A stretch of 64,000 nucleotides of DNA from a virus, in the IMG/VR virus record IMGVR_UViG_3300017963_000246. The stretch is one strand, 5' to 3'. Both the position numbers and the translations under genes were made by a program. The notes under the pieces were generated by a model that worked only from the letters and a program-made list of their open reading frames with translations, did no database searches and was not told where the DNA came from. Position 1 is the stretch's first letter. Each line of letters starts with the position of its first letter. Below, piece by piece: positions 27,461 to 34,290 of the stretch.

Positions 27461-27490
27461 CAAAAAGGCGCGGCCCACACGGACCGCGCC
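27461..27490 (-). terminator. intrinsic terminator closing the ncRNA array
   Basis: Minus-strand GGCGCGGuccgugugggCCGCGCC followed by TTTTTG; lies ~20 nt upstream of the rsr SD. Confidence 0.7.
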
Positions 27491-27494
27491 ACGG

Positions 27495-27775
27495 CTCACA
27501 AATGCGGGCAAAAGGTTGTGCACGGGGATAACCATTCTGTAGGTAACCGTGCACGAGCGGCCCTGCAACGAACTCATTCAAGATGCGGGCGAAACGTGTG
27601 GTCGGGGACCGGAATTCTCCGGCTGGCGGATATCTAGTCCGCTCTATGGCATGAAGCCATCGGCAGATAACCGAGCCACGGTCGGCCCTGCATCGTCTTT
27701 CAGTTGTTAAGCGGACGAACGATTGCGCAGCGGCTTTATCTCCACAGGATAACGCTGCACGAGCGGCCCTGCTAG
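27495..27775 (-). ncRNA. three structured RNA modules sharing the AGGGCCG-N9-10-GGUUAYC core (candidate Y-RNA-like RNAs)
   Basis: Cores at 27747-27770, 27666-27689 and 27542-27564. In each module the 3' part of the core opens a hairpin with compensatory changes (GCAGCG/CGCUGC; GGCUCGG/CCG..AGCC; GUGCACGG/CCGUGCAC). A duplicated UUyGCCCGCAUyU box follows modules 4 and 5. No credible ORF. Confidence 0.55.
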
Positions 27776-27885
27776 TAGGAAAGGCCGGATTCGAACCGGA
27801 TTGACATTTGCCAGGTAACCTTCGTACGGCGGCCCTCAGGGCGAAAGTGTCCGAAGGGTTCCCTCCCAACGAGGGTCCTTTCCTA
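27776..27885 (-). ncRNA. tRNA-like RNA 2 (cloverleaf frame with replaced anticodon arm)
   Basis: Acceptor AGGAAAG/CUUUCCU (7 bp), D-arm CCCUC-GUUGG-GAGGG, T-arm CCGG-UUCGAAU-CCGG. About 55 nt containing the conserved core (27814-27836) sit where the anticodon arm should be; no canonical anticodon loop. Confidence 0.6.
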
Positions 27886-27895
27886 TTGGTGTAGG

Positions 27896-28017
27896 GATGT
27901 GGGGCTGGACTTGAACCAGCGGCCTCTCCATTACAAGTGGTAACCTTCTCGACGTCGGCCCTCTTGGGGCTAAAGTGCCGGAAGGGATTTAGCGCTCTTC
28001 CTCTGAGCTACCCACAT
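27896..28017 (-). ncRNA. tRNA-like RNA 1 (cloverleaf frame with ~50-nt conserved insertion)
   Basis: Acceptor AUGUGGG/CCCACAU (7/7 bp), UA, D-arm GCUC-AGAGGAA-GAGC, T-arm GCUGG-UUCAAGU-CCAGC. The conserved core (27939-27962) lies between the D-arm and a degenerate anticodon-like hairpin (loop CUUGUAA). The 5' end coincides with the predicted TSS of promoter 28026-28054; no encoded CCA. Confidence 0.6.
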
Positions 28018-28025
28018 CCAAGCAC

Positions 28026-28054
28026 ATTATACCATGAACTGACGGTCTTGTCAA
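28026..28054 (-). promoter_or_regulatory. sigma70-type promoter P1 (drives the ncRNA array)
   Basis: Minus strand TTGACA-17 nt-TATAAT with TGG extended -10. Confidence 0.8.
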
Positions 28055-28281
28055 TACGCGATTTCAAGTCGTGCTTTCACGTCGTCGAGCCATTCCGCCG
28101 TGGGCTGGCCCTCTTGGTCTATGCCGATGCAAAGCGTCCGTTCCTCATACCGGATATGGTCAGAATGACCTCCGGCTTCGCACCATGTGAGAATAGTCGC
28201 CTGGTTTCGGATGTACGCGCCAACAAAGACTAATACTACCACAAGAAAGACACAACAGACTATACCTATCCATGCATCCAT
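28051..28281 (-). CDS. small membrane protein
   Basis: ATG 28281 behind AAGGAGG; MDAWIGIVCCVFLVVVLVFVGAYI TM helix; 76 aa. Confidence 0.55.
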   Translation of the reverse strand: MDAWIGIVCCVFLVVVLVFVGAYIRNQATILTWCEAGGHSDHIRYEERTLCIGIDQEGQPTAEWLDDVKARLEIAY

Positions 28282-28282
28282 A

Positions 28283-28978
28283 TCACGTTTCCTCCTTCGC
28301 AACCTTCACCCAGTACCGCGCGGTCGACTCCGCTTTCGGCACGAACCCATGAGAAGCCAGCAATTCGTTCACACCGGTGACCGTCAGCGTCGCGCGCTCC
28401 CCGTCCAAACCCGCGGCGATGTCCCGCCAATCTCCGATGGATGCCTCCTTTGGTGGCCGCGGCTTCACGCTTCCTTCACGTTGCCTCTGCTCCCACCCGT
28501 GCCGGCTTTCGTTCCACTTGCGCCAGCGTTCGCCGAACGACGCCTGTCTGAGGCCAAGTTCCATCGCGTTCGCGTAAAAGTCCAAGGACGAACACAGCAG
28601 CAGCGCAAGCGGACCGTAACTTCGCGCCCACGTCACCCAAGCCAGCGCGAGCTCCGTCTGCCTGGAGAATACGACGAACATGTTTCCCAGTGTTGCCAAC
28701 AGAGACACGGCGATGCCGAGCCAGTCCCAAAGGTGTGCCTCGCCGATTTTCCATTTGCGCCAGACTTCCATTACGGTGGCGATGGTGCCCATTTCTCCGC
28801 CGACGACCATGAGCGCCGACCCGACGAGTTGTGTTCCTAGTGACGGTGCCTGGGCGCTGATGGCCTCCAGCCCATACAGGGACACGCCCACGACCCACAA
28901 GAGGGCTGGCGCGAGGAGCGCGGCGAACATCCCGTCGAGCAGCTTGGGTTCAGGTTTCCAGTATGTTGACTTCGACAC
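28283..28978 (-). CDS. multi-pass membrane protein with soluble C-terminal domain
   Basis: 231 aa; four or more hydrophobic helices, then a charged C-terminal region. Confidence 0.7.
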   Translation of the reverse strand: MSKSTYWKPEPKLLDGMFAALLAPALLWVVGVSLYGLEAISAQAPSLGTQLVGSALMVVGGEMGTIATVMEVWRKWKIGEAHLWDWLGIAVSLLATLGNMFVVFSRQTELALAWVTWARSYGPLALLLCSSLDFYANAMELGLRQASFGERWRKWNESRHGWEQRQREGSVKPRPPKEASIGDWRDIAAGLDGERATLTVTGVNELLASHGFVPKAESTARYWVKVAKEET

Positions 28979-29159
28979 GGGCCGACGCCTCCTTCAAGAA
29001 TGCCTGGAACTTGCGCTTCCATCGCCGGAAGCACCTGCCCTGATGAAAGTGCAGGTGGGTGGTTATGTCGTCGCAGAGCGGGCCGAGCACGTCCACCTTT
29101 GCGCGGTACTCCCCGCGTTTTATCTCCCGGGCGCACTCGTCACACGTCATGGTATACAT
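28950..29159 (-). CDS. small zinc-ribbon-like protein
   Basis: ATG 29159 behind GGAAAGGA; MTCDECAREI ... GPLCDD ... HFHQGRC; ORF-track extension to 29291 discounted. Confidence 0.5.
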   Translation of the reverse strand: MYTMTCDECAREIKRGEYRAKVDVLGPLCDDITTHLHFHQGRCFRRWKRKFQAFLKEASARVEVNILET

Positions 29160-29228
29160 GAACCGTCCTTTCCCGTCGTTTTTCCCGAAAAATCCCGTGT
29201 TTTTTGGCACTGTTTTTTGGGCGGTGTA

Positions 29229-29257
29229 TACATATGATATATCATATTTGCTGTCAA
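29229..29257 (-). promoter_or_regulatory. weaker sigma70-like promoter
   Basis: Minus strand TTGACA-17 nt-TATGTA; shares the GGTATTGACAG context of the strong promoters. Confidence 0.35.
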
Positions 29258-29304
29258 TACCAGATAATACACAGTAATCACTGCCAATCATTTTTACGAT
29301 GACC

Positions 29305-29373
29305 TACTACCTGTAGTATGCCAAACCCCTGTTTTGGGCATTTTTCGCGCTTTCGTATACTACCTGTAGTATG
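29305..29373. repeat. two copies of palindromic 16-mer TACTACCTGTAGTATG (operator-like)
   Basis: Perfect copies at 29305-29320 and 29358-29373 (53-bp spacing). Each contains the inverted repeat TACTAC-CT-GTAGTA. Both lie in a 190-bp non-coding gap. Confidence 0.7.
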
Positions 29374-29393
29374 TCGGTAAACAGGCGTTTTAG

Positions 29394-29411
29394 AAGCCCG
29401 CTGGGCTTTTT
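29394..29411 (+). terminator. plus-strand intrinsic terminator-like hairpin
   Basis: AAGCCC-gct-GGGCTT followed by TTTTT; orientation is opposite to the flanking genes. Confidence 0.45.
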
Positions 29412-29482
29412 AGTTCTGTTTTGGTTGGCAGTTCTACGGCATAGCTCCGCACGGGTCAGCTGACTTGCACGCTCGTCCCGAT

Positions 29483-30442
29483 TCATTCGTTCGCCAGGCC
29501 CCTGTTTTCAAGCTCTCGAATGAAAGACTCCCGCGGCGGGGGAGGGGGGAGCTCTTGCGTGTACTGCAACCAAAAGTCCCCGTCGTCGAAATTGAGCTCG
29601 GCCCCGAGGTTGTGGTTCTGCTCGTCGCGCCAGCGCAGCAGTCCGGCGTCCAGCAACGCGTCCCTCGTCTGCGTGAACTCCCCCGGTGAGATGTCGAACT
29701 TGACGGCCCACGGCTCAGACATCCTGACGCCGTTTTTCCGGTCCAGGTCGTGCAGCGCCGCCCGGACGAGGTTCCACCACTCACGGGTGAGCAGGTTGGG
29801 GATTTCCCCAAGTTCCACCCGTCCGCCCGGCAGTTGCCTTGAGAACGACAGCGCGCGCGACGGAATCTCGACCACCCGAACCGCCGGCTCTTTTCCCTGG
29901 ACGCCGTGTGACCACGGCCATATCGGCTCCAGTCGGTTCGCCATCTGCGGCGACGTGTGTCGCATCGAGTGCTCCGGGTCCGTAAGCTCCACATAAACCT
30001 CCCGGCCGACCGCGACGAAGACGACCATGAAGATGACGGCCGCGACCTGGAACGGCAGCTTGGCGGACAAGTCCCACCTGAGCCGCCACGGCGGCAGCGT
30101 GGCCTCTCCGACGTCGAGGCCGACAATGGCCCAGGTGACCAGGACGCAGACGGACGCGCAGATGGTGAAGGGCTTGACGCTTCCGGTGCTTCGCTTGTCA
30201 GACCTGGCCCGCATCCGGGTCAGAAGCAGCAGGCTCGCGAACCCGATGATGTAGACGCTCCAGGGTCCCCACAGTATCAGATTCCCCCATAGGACGCCGA
30301 AGAACAGCAGTCCCAACGCGATGAGGAACAGGCCGCCGAACAACAGGCGGTTGTACTCCTGCGTCTCTTTTCTGGTGGTCCTCGGTCCCCTGCCGATGCC
30401 TCCGATCATCCCCGTCGCCCCGTCTCCCAACTGACGAACCAC
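29483..30442 (-). CDS. membrane protein with C-terminal winged-helix-like domain
   Basis: 319 aa; four N-terminal TM helices (LLFGGLFLIALGLLFFGVLW etc.), soluble C-terminal half. Confidence 0.7.
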   Translation of the reverse strand: MVRQLGDGATGMIGGIGRGPRTTRKETQEYNRLLFGGLFLIALGLLFFGVLWGNLILWGPWSVYIIGFASLLLLTRMRARSDKRSTGSVKPFTICASVCVLVTWAIVGLDVGEATLPPWRLRWDLSAKLPFQVAAVIFMVVFVAVGREVYVELTDPEHSMRHTSPQMANRLEPIWPWSHGVQGKEPAVRVVEIPSRALSFSRQLPGGRVELGEIPNLLTREWWNLVRAALHDLDRKNGVRMSEPWAVKFDISPGEFTQTRDALLDAGLLRWRDEQNHNLGAELNFDDGDFWLQYTQELPPPPPRESFIRELENRGLANE

Positions 30443-30703
30443 ACGGCTCCGATGAACACTGCCAACGCTATCACGAATGCCATCGCCATATCATGCCTTT
30501 CCGAGTTTGTTAAGGCGGGCGCGGGGACCGACTGCGGACGTAAGCGTCCTCGCCCTGTTCCACCAGGGCTACGTGCGTGGCTAGACACACGGGACAAGTC
30601 CTCCGCGCCCTATGATTCTCCGCTCGTCACAAGTCATCTACAACGGGTGGTCAGCCCCGGACGGAGAAATGTGCTGCGGTTGCTCACCGACGCCTCCCTC
30701 TAT

Positions 30704-31051
30704 TCATCCCACACGACATTGAGAAAACAACCATGCTTTAGTCAACGACACGTGCGTGTCCGCGGCCTTCCTGCGGACCTCCGCACGCATCGCGCTTGCC
30801 TCGTAGACCGGCAGCGTGCGCTTGAGCTCTTCGAGCCCTTCGTCTCCAAGCAGCACCGCCAGTTCCTGCCGCTTTCGCGCGTCCGCGTTCTTGCCGTCGA
30901 TGCGTCCCGACTTGTAGGCCAAGCCGAGGATGCAGCCCTCAGTCTCAAGAATTCGTGCGCGGAAGTCATCCAAGAGCCATTTTGCCTGGAGCTCGTCGGC
31001 CAGGGCTTCCTCGTATTCGTCTGCCAGCATCATCACTTGGTCGTAGTCCAT
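30704..31051 (-). CDS. hypothetical protein
   Basis: ATG 31051 in ATGA overlap with the upstream stop; 115 aa, helical, acidic N-terminus. Confidence 0.65.
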   Translation of the reverse strand: MDYDQVMMLADEYEEALADELQAKWLLDDFRARILETEGCILGLAYKSGRIDGKNADARKRQELAVLLGDEGLEELKRTLPVYEASAMRAEVRRKAADTHVSLTKAWLFSQCRVG

Positions 31052-31290
31052 CACCCCTCCCCTACAAAGATGCAACTACAAGATATCAGTTGTCCTCCGC
31101 ATAAAGGACAGATTTCCATGTCACATCCGGGATGGTGATAGCCTCCAGTTGTCACACCGCAGTCCGGGCACCGCTCGCCAGTATACGGGATGGGGTCCAT
31201 CTTGCTCCCAGTCGCAAAAACTATCGGTACTTTATCACACGACTTTGTGACCAGCATGTCTCGCCCGCAATATTCGCAAACAGCCATCAC
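31051..31290 (-). CDS. cysteine-rich zinc-binding protein
   Basis: 79 aa with CEYCG, CPDCG, HHPGC, CPLCG motifs. Confidence 0.65.
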   Translation of the reverse strand: MMAVCEYCGRDMLVTKSCDKVPIVFATGSKMDPIPYTGERCPDCGVTTGGYHHPGCDMEICPLCGGQLISCSCIFVGEG

Positions 31291-32453
31291 TTCTCCTTGG
31301 CCAACTGGTGCCGGACGAGGGTTTCAAAGGCTTTGTCCTCATCGACGCCGGCAATGGCTTTGGATGCGTGGTTCTGCGCGTTGTAGCCCAAGATTTTCCA
31401 CCAACGGACGTCCTTGTCGCCGCCGATGGAGCTCCACAGCCCTTCCCAAGTCACGGGTCCGAGTTTCAGCAGCGCGGCAAGCGCGGTCTCATGCCCCTGC
31501 TCGACGAGCCCCCATAGGGTCGCTGGGTCCTCTTCAAACACCTGCTTGAGCGTCTTCCCGTCAACGACCGTGAGCTCCGGTTTGTCGATGGGTAGCTTTT
31601 GCGTCTGGCGTTTCGGTTTTTCTGACTGCTCCAAGGTGCCGGTCGGCGCTTCCGGTTTCGGTTCCGGCCTCTCTGGCACGTCCTCGTACTCGGCGTCCAC
31701 GCCCTCGTCATAGCTGGGGTCGTACGGCTCGTCGACCGAAGCGGGAAGCAACGCCTCCCGCGCGCGGACCTGCGCGGCCTCGAACTCACCGCGCAGAAAC
31801 TCGTCGGTCAACTGGATGTGCACAAGCGACTTCGTGACCTTCATCCGTTTGCCGGTTTTGAGGTTCGGCGCTCCGATGCGCTCGTCCTCTCTCCACAGCG
31901 TGAACGGTTTGCCGTCCAGCGGTTCCGCAGCGACAAGCTTTGACGCTATCTCCGAGATGTCGTGCCAGCCGTGCGTGATGAGCGTGACCGTGCCGATATG
32001 CCCGGCCTTCCAGAGTTCAGGAAGGATGAGCTCCAGCCGGCCGACCGGCTTGACCTCGCACTCCGGACACTTGTTCTCGACGTCCTTGCAGTCGAATTCG
32101 CATGGACGACTCCCGTGCCGCGTGCGCGGACCCTCTATCCAATCGACCCAGTTCTCCCCGTCGCACCGCAGCTTCAGGATGTTGCTCTGCGTGTACGTCT
32201 CCCGCCAGGACGAGAACGCCTCTTCCAGGTTGCGCCCCTGAACGTACACGGGCTGGATGATGCGCGGCTCCTCGCCGTAGGCGTCATGGAACGCCTTGAT
32301 GACCAGTGGATCTGGTGAGTCGAAGCGGAAGTGGTCGAGGTCCTGGGGCATCCGGCCCCGCGCCGCGTCTTTGCTCTCACCCTTCTTCAGCTTTCCAAGC
32401 GACTTGAACCTCGGTGTGATGCTGTCTCTGTCCGTTGCTCCCTTGATGGGCAT
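31287..32453 (-). CDS. hypothetical DNA-metabolism protein with internal Cys4 zinc ribbon
   Basis: 388 aa, GGGAGG SD; CEFDC..NKCPEC; acidic Pro/Glu-rich linker and C-terminal domain. Position next to replication/recombination genes suggests an annealing or ssDNA-binding role, which is not demonstrable here. Confidence 0.8.
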   Translation of the reverse strand: MPIKGATDRDSITPRFKSLGKLKKGESKDAARGRMPQDLDHFRFDSPDPLVIKAFHDAYGEEPRIIQPVYVQGRNLEEAFSSWRETYTQSNILKLRCDGENWVDWIEGPRTRHGSRPCEFDCKDVENKCPECEVKPVGRLELILPELWKAGHIGTVTLITHGWHDISEIASKLVAAEPLDGKPFTLWREDERIGAPNLKTGKRMKVTKSLVHIQLTDEFLRGEFEAAQVRAREALLPASVDEPYDPSYDEGVDAEYEDVPERPEPKPEAPTGTLEQSEKPKRQTQKLPIDKPELTVVDGKTLKQVFEEDPATLWGLVEQGHETALAALLKLGPVTWEGLWSSIGGDKDVRWWKILGYNAQNHASKAIAGVDEDKAFETLVRHQLAKEK

Positions 32454-32454
32454 T

Positions 32455-32799
32455 TCAGCCTCCCTTTTTGAATAGCTTGCTCCGTCCTCGTGTGTGGTCT
32501 ACAGGTACAGATTGGTCACGCGGCGTGCCAAAGAGTTCTTCGATGGCCTGCTCGTACGTGACTGGGTCCACTTGCTGAACGAGCGATTGGAGTTCCTCCG
32601 GAAGGGCTCGCAACCGATAGGGGAACTCGCGCTCCTGTCGCTCGTAGAGTCTGCGACTGACGAAATCCCGTGCCCCGCAGGCCCCGCACTCCGCGAAATC
32701 AGTCGACGTTTCGGAGCCTGTGTCCCATCGGGACTTGTGGACGATGGCTCCGCCGCACTGGTTGCAGCAGTACCACCGCTCCAATTGCTCGTACGTCAC
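32455..32799 (-). CDS. zinc-ribbon protein
   Basis: In-frame GTG 32799; CCNQCGG ... ECGACG; upstream part of the 209-aa ORF overlaps a better ORF in another frame. Start uncertain. Confidence 0.45.
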   Translation of the reverse strand: MTYEQLERWYCCNQCGGAIVHKSRWDTGSETSTDFAECGACGARDFVSRRLYERQEREFPYRLRALPEELQSLVQQVDPVTYEQAIEELFGTPRDQSVPVDHTRGRSKLFKKGG

Positions 32800-32836
32800 G
32801 AGCCGCGCGTTGACCGTGCAGCCGGTCTGGGTGAAG

Positions 32837-33142
32837 TCACGCGTGGGGGGCAACACGGGTCTGCCTCCATACGTTCGCGAGGGCCTTGCGGAGAGCGACG
32901 CCTTTCCCTTCGTCTGCGTCCCACCTGTCTGGAAAGCTGACCTTAGAAAAACCTCGTCCGACAACCCAGTTCTTGTCTCCCCATTCGACGGCAACCTTGA
33001 CGAACGTCCACGGGCGCAGTTGCTCGACCCCCATCGTGTACGCCTCATGCGGTATGCTGTCATCTTTGATGACCAGCCCGACATCGGCTTTGCCCAAAAC
33101 TTTGGCGTACGTGTCGATGAACACGTCTCTTTTCCTGCACAT
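32837..33142 (-). CDS. DUF1876-like small protein
   Basis: 101 aa; GRGFSKVSFPDRWDADEGKGVALRKALANV resembles the G.G.A...P.D....G...A..RAL pattern of DUF1876/Rv2632c-like proteins. Confidence 0.55.
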   Translation of the reverse strand: MCRKRDVFIDTYAKVLGKADVGLVIKDDSIPHEAYTMGVEQLRPWTFVKVAVEWGDKNWVVGRGFSKVSFPDRWDADEGKGVALRKALANVWRQTRVAPHA

Positions 33143-33143
33143 T

Positions 33144-33833
33144 TCAGTCTCCTTTCAGTTCATTTCTATCTGTTTCTGGTGCGAACCCGTCAGGCCACAC
33201 CGTGTACTCATTCCAATGCGCCCATCTCAGGTTGGACCATCTCAGGTTGGCCCCGCGCAGGTTGGCCCATCTCAGGTCGGCCCCGCGCAGGTTGGCCCCG
33301 CGCAGGTTGGCCTCGTACAGGGTGGCCCCGCTCAGGTTGGCCCCGCGCAGGTCGGCCCCGCGCAGGTCGGCCAGGCGCAGCTCGGCCCCGCGCAGGTTGG
33401 CCCCGCGCAGGTTGGCCCCGCTCAGGGTGGCCTCGTACAGGTTGGCCTCGTACAGGTTGGCCCCGCTCAGGGTGGCCTCGTACAGGTTGGCCCCGCGCAG
33501 GTCGGCCCCGCGCAGGTCGGCCAGGCGCAGGTACCGCCACAACGCACGCGGCGACACGCGGCGCAACTCGACGGCCTGGTAACTGCCCTTGTCTTCGTCT
33601 TCACCCACCAGCACAACACCCCGCGCCCACCATGCCCGCCAGTCGCGTGGTGCCCAACGAGCATCAAGTGATTTCATCAGGTGCAGTCGCCCCGGCCCGC
33701 AGGCCCTGCCGTCTGGCTCTGCTGGCTCCGGGTGTTCTGTGCGTGCCCATTTCTGACCGCGTTGGGGCAGGTTGTAGACGAATGGCTCGCCTTTGTAGTA
33801 AGTGCATCCTGTCGGGTCAAGGAATTTCCACAT
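33144..33833 (-). CDS. pentapeptide-repeat protein
   Basis: ATG 33833 behind AAGGGAG; about 27 consecutive A(D/N)LxG-type pentapeptides ([28 protein letters not shown]...) following a ~90-aa N-terminal domain. Confidence 0.85.
   Translation of the reverse strand: MWKFLDPTGCTYYKGEPFVYNLPQRGQKWARTEHPEPAEPDGRACGPGRLHLMKSLDARWAPRDWRAWWARGVVLVGEDEDKGSYQAVELRRVSPRALWRYLRLADLRGADLRGANLYEATLSGANLYEANLYEATLSGANLRGANLRGAELRLADLRGADLRGANLSGATLYEANLRGANLRGADLRWANLRGANLRWSNLRWAHWNEYTVWPDGFAPETDRNELKGD
33225..33535 (-). repeat. 15-nt-periodic tandem repeat (coding, pentapeptide repeats)
   Basis: ccccgcgcaggttggc-type units visible in the DNA; lies inside CDS 33144-33833. Confidence 0.8.
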
Positions 33834-33863
33834 TACAGTCTCCCTTCTTGTGTCTGGACACAA

Positions 33864-34244
33864 TTATTCCGGTGCGGCGACTTCCTCCTCGATGTCATAG
33901 GTGTGCACCGCCCAGCGGGCGGCCTTCGACATGTCGAGCCCGTATGTCACCGCGATTTCCACGAGCTGTGATTTTAGGTCCGCATGCATTCGCAGTTTCA
34001 GCAACCGGGTGAGCCTCATCGTGGCGCTGCGGACCATCCCGCTCCTGGACGAACCAGGGTGCCGACGGACCAGGGCGTCCAACGCTCGCACGAAGGCGTC
34101 GTCAACGTAACTGATGTTCAGCTGTCTGCGTTGTCCCCCCTTCGGGTCTGGGTAAGACACCTGCAGCAGCCGTCTTGTCTTGCCGGTCCCGTACGGCGTG
34201 CGCACGGGCTCCGGTCTCAGTTCCAGCAATCGTTCTATCGTCAT
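33864..34244 (-). CDS. hypothetical protein (first gene after promoter P2)
   Basis: 126 aa, AGGAGG SD. Confidence 0.65.
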   Translation of the reverse strand: MTIERLLELRPEPVRTPYGTGKTRRLLQVSYPDPKGGQRRQLNISYVDDAFVRALDALVRRHPGSSRSGMVRSATMRLTRLLKLRMHADLKSQLVEIAVTYGLDMSKAARWAVHTYDIEEEVAAPE

Positions 34245-34261
34245 TCATTCCTCCTGACTCC

Positions 34262-34290
34262 ATTATACCATGAAGCAGGACTGTTGTCAA
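34262..34290 (-). promoter_or_regulatory. sigma70-type promoter P2
   Basis: Minus strand TTGACA-17-TATAAT with TGG extended -10. Confidence 0.8.

Noticed and set aside
27830-27860. Hammerhead-like CUGAGG...CGAAGG in tRNA-like RNA 2
   Set aside because: It lacks the CUGAnGA and GAAA core spacing, and the equivalent position in unit 1 has no CUGA.
27896-28017. Calling tRNA-like RNA 1 a genuine tRNA-Thr(UGU) (loop CUUGUAA) with an intron
   Set aside because: The anticodon stem has only 3 Watson-Crick pairs plus a mismatch. The ~50-nt insertion lies between the D-arm and this stem, not at the canonical 37/38 intron site. The same insertion core recurs in units with no tRNA frame, and there is no CCA. 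Kept as tRNA-like ncRNA.
29320-29345. Hairpin + TTTTT (GCCAAACCCCTGTTTTGGGCATTTTT) as a terminator
   Set aside because: Only about 5 mostly A-U base pairs can form, which is too weak to call. The 29394-29411 hairpin is the better candidate.
30490-30703. Possible ncRNA or promoter in the 210-bp gap upstream of 30442
   Set aside because: Only one modest hairpin (GCCCTG-ttccac-CAGGGC, 30552-30569) is present, with no consensus promoter and no repeats. There is not enough to support a feature.
30452-31138. 228-aa plus-strand ORF spanning a non-coding gap and two minus-strand genes
   Set aside because: It is antisense to well-supported coupled genes, has no SD and has a low-complexity N-terminus.
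33225-33535. Regular short repeats that could suggest a CRISPR array or satellite
   Set aside because: The period is 15 nt with no spacers, and the repeats sit in frame inside the pentapeptide-repeat CDS.
32720-34012. 430-aa plus-strand ORF with GWPRAGWPR repeats
   Set aside because: It is the mirror image of the pentapeptide-repeat gene on the minus strand. The minus frame gives canonical A(D/N)LxG repeats and has an SD.
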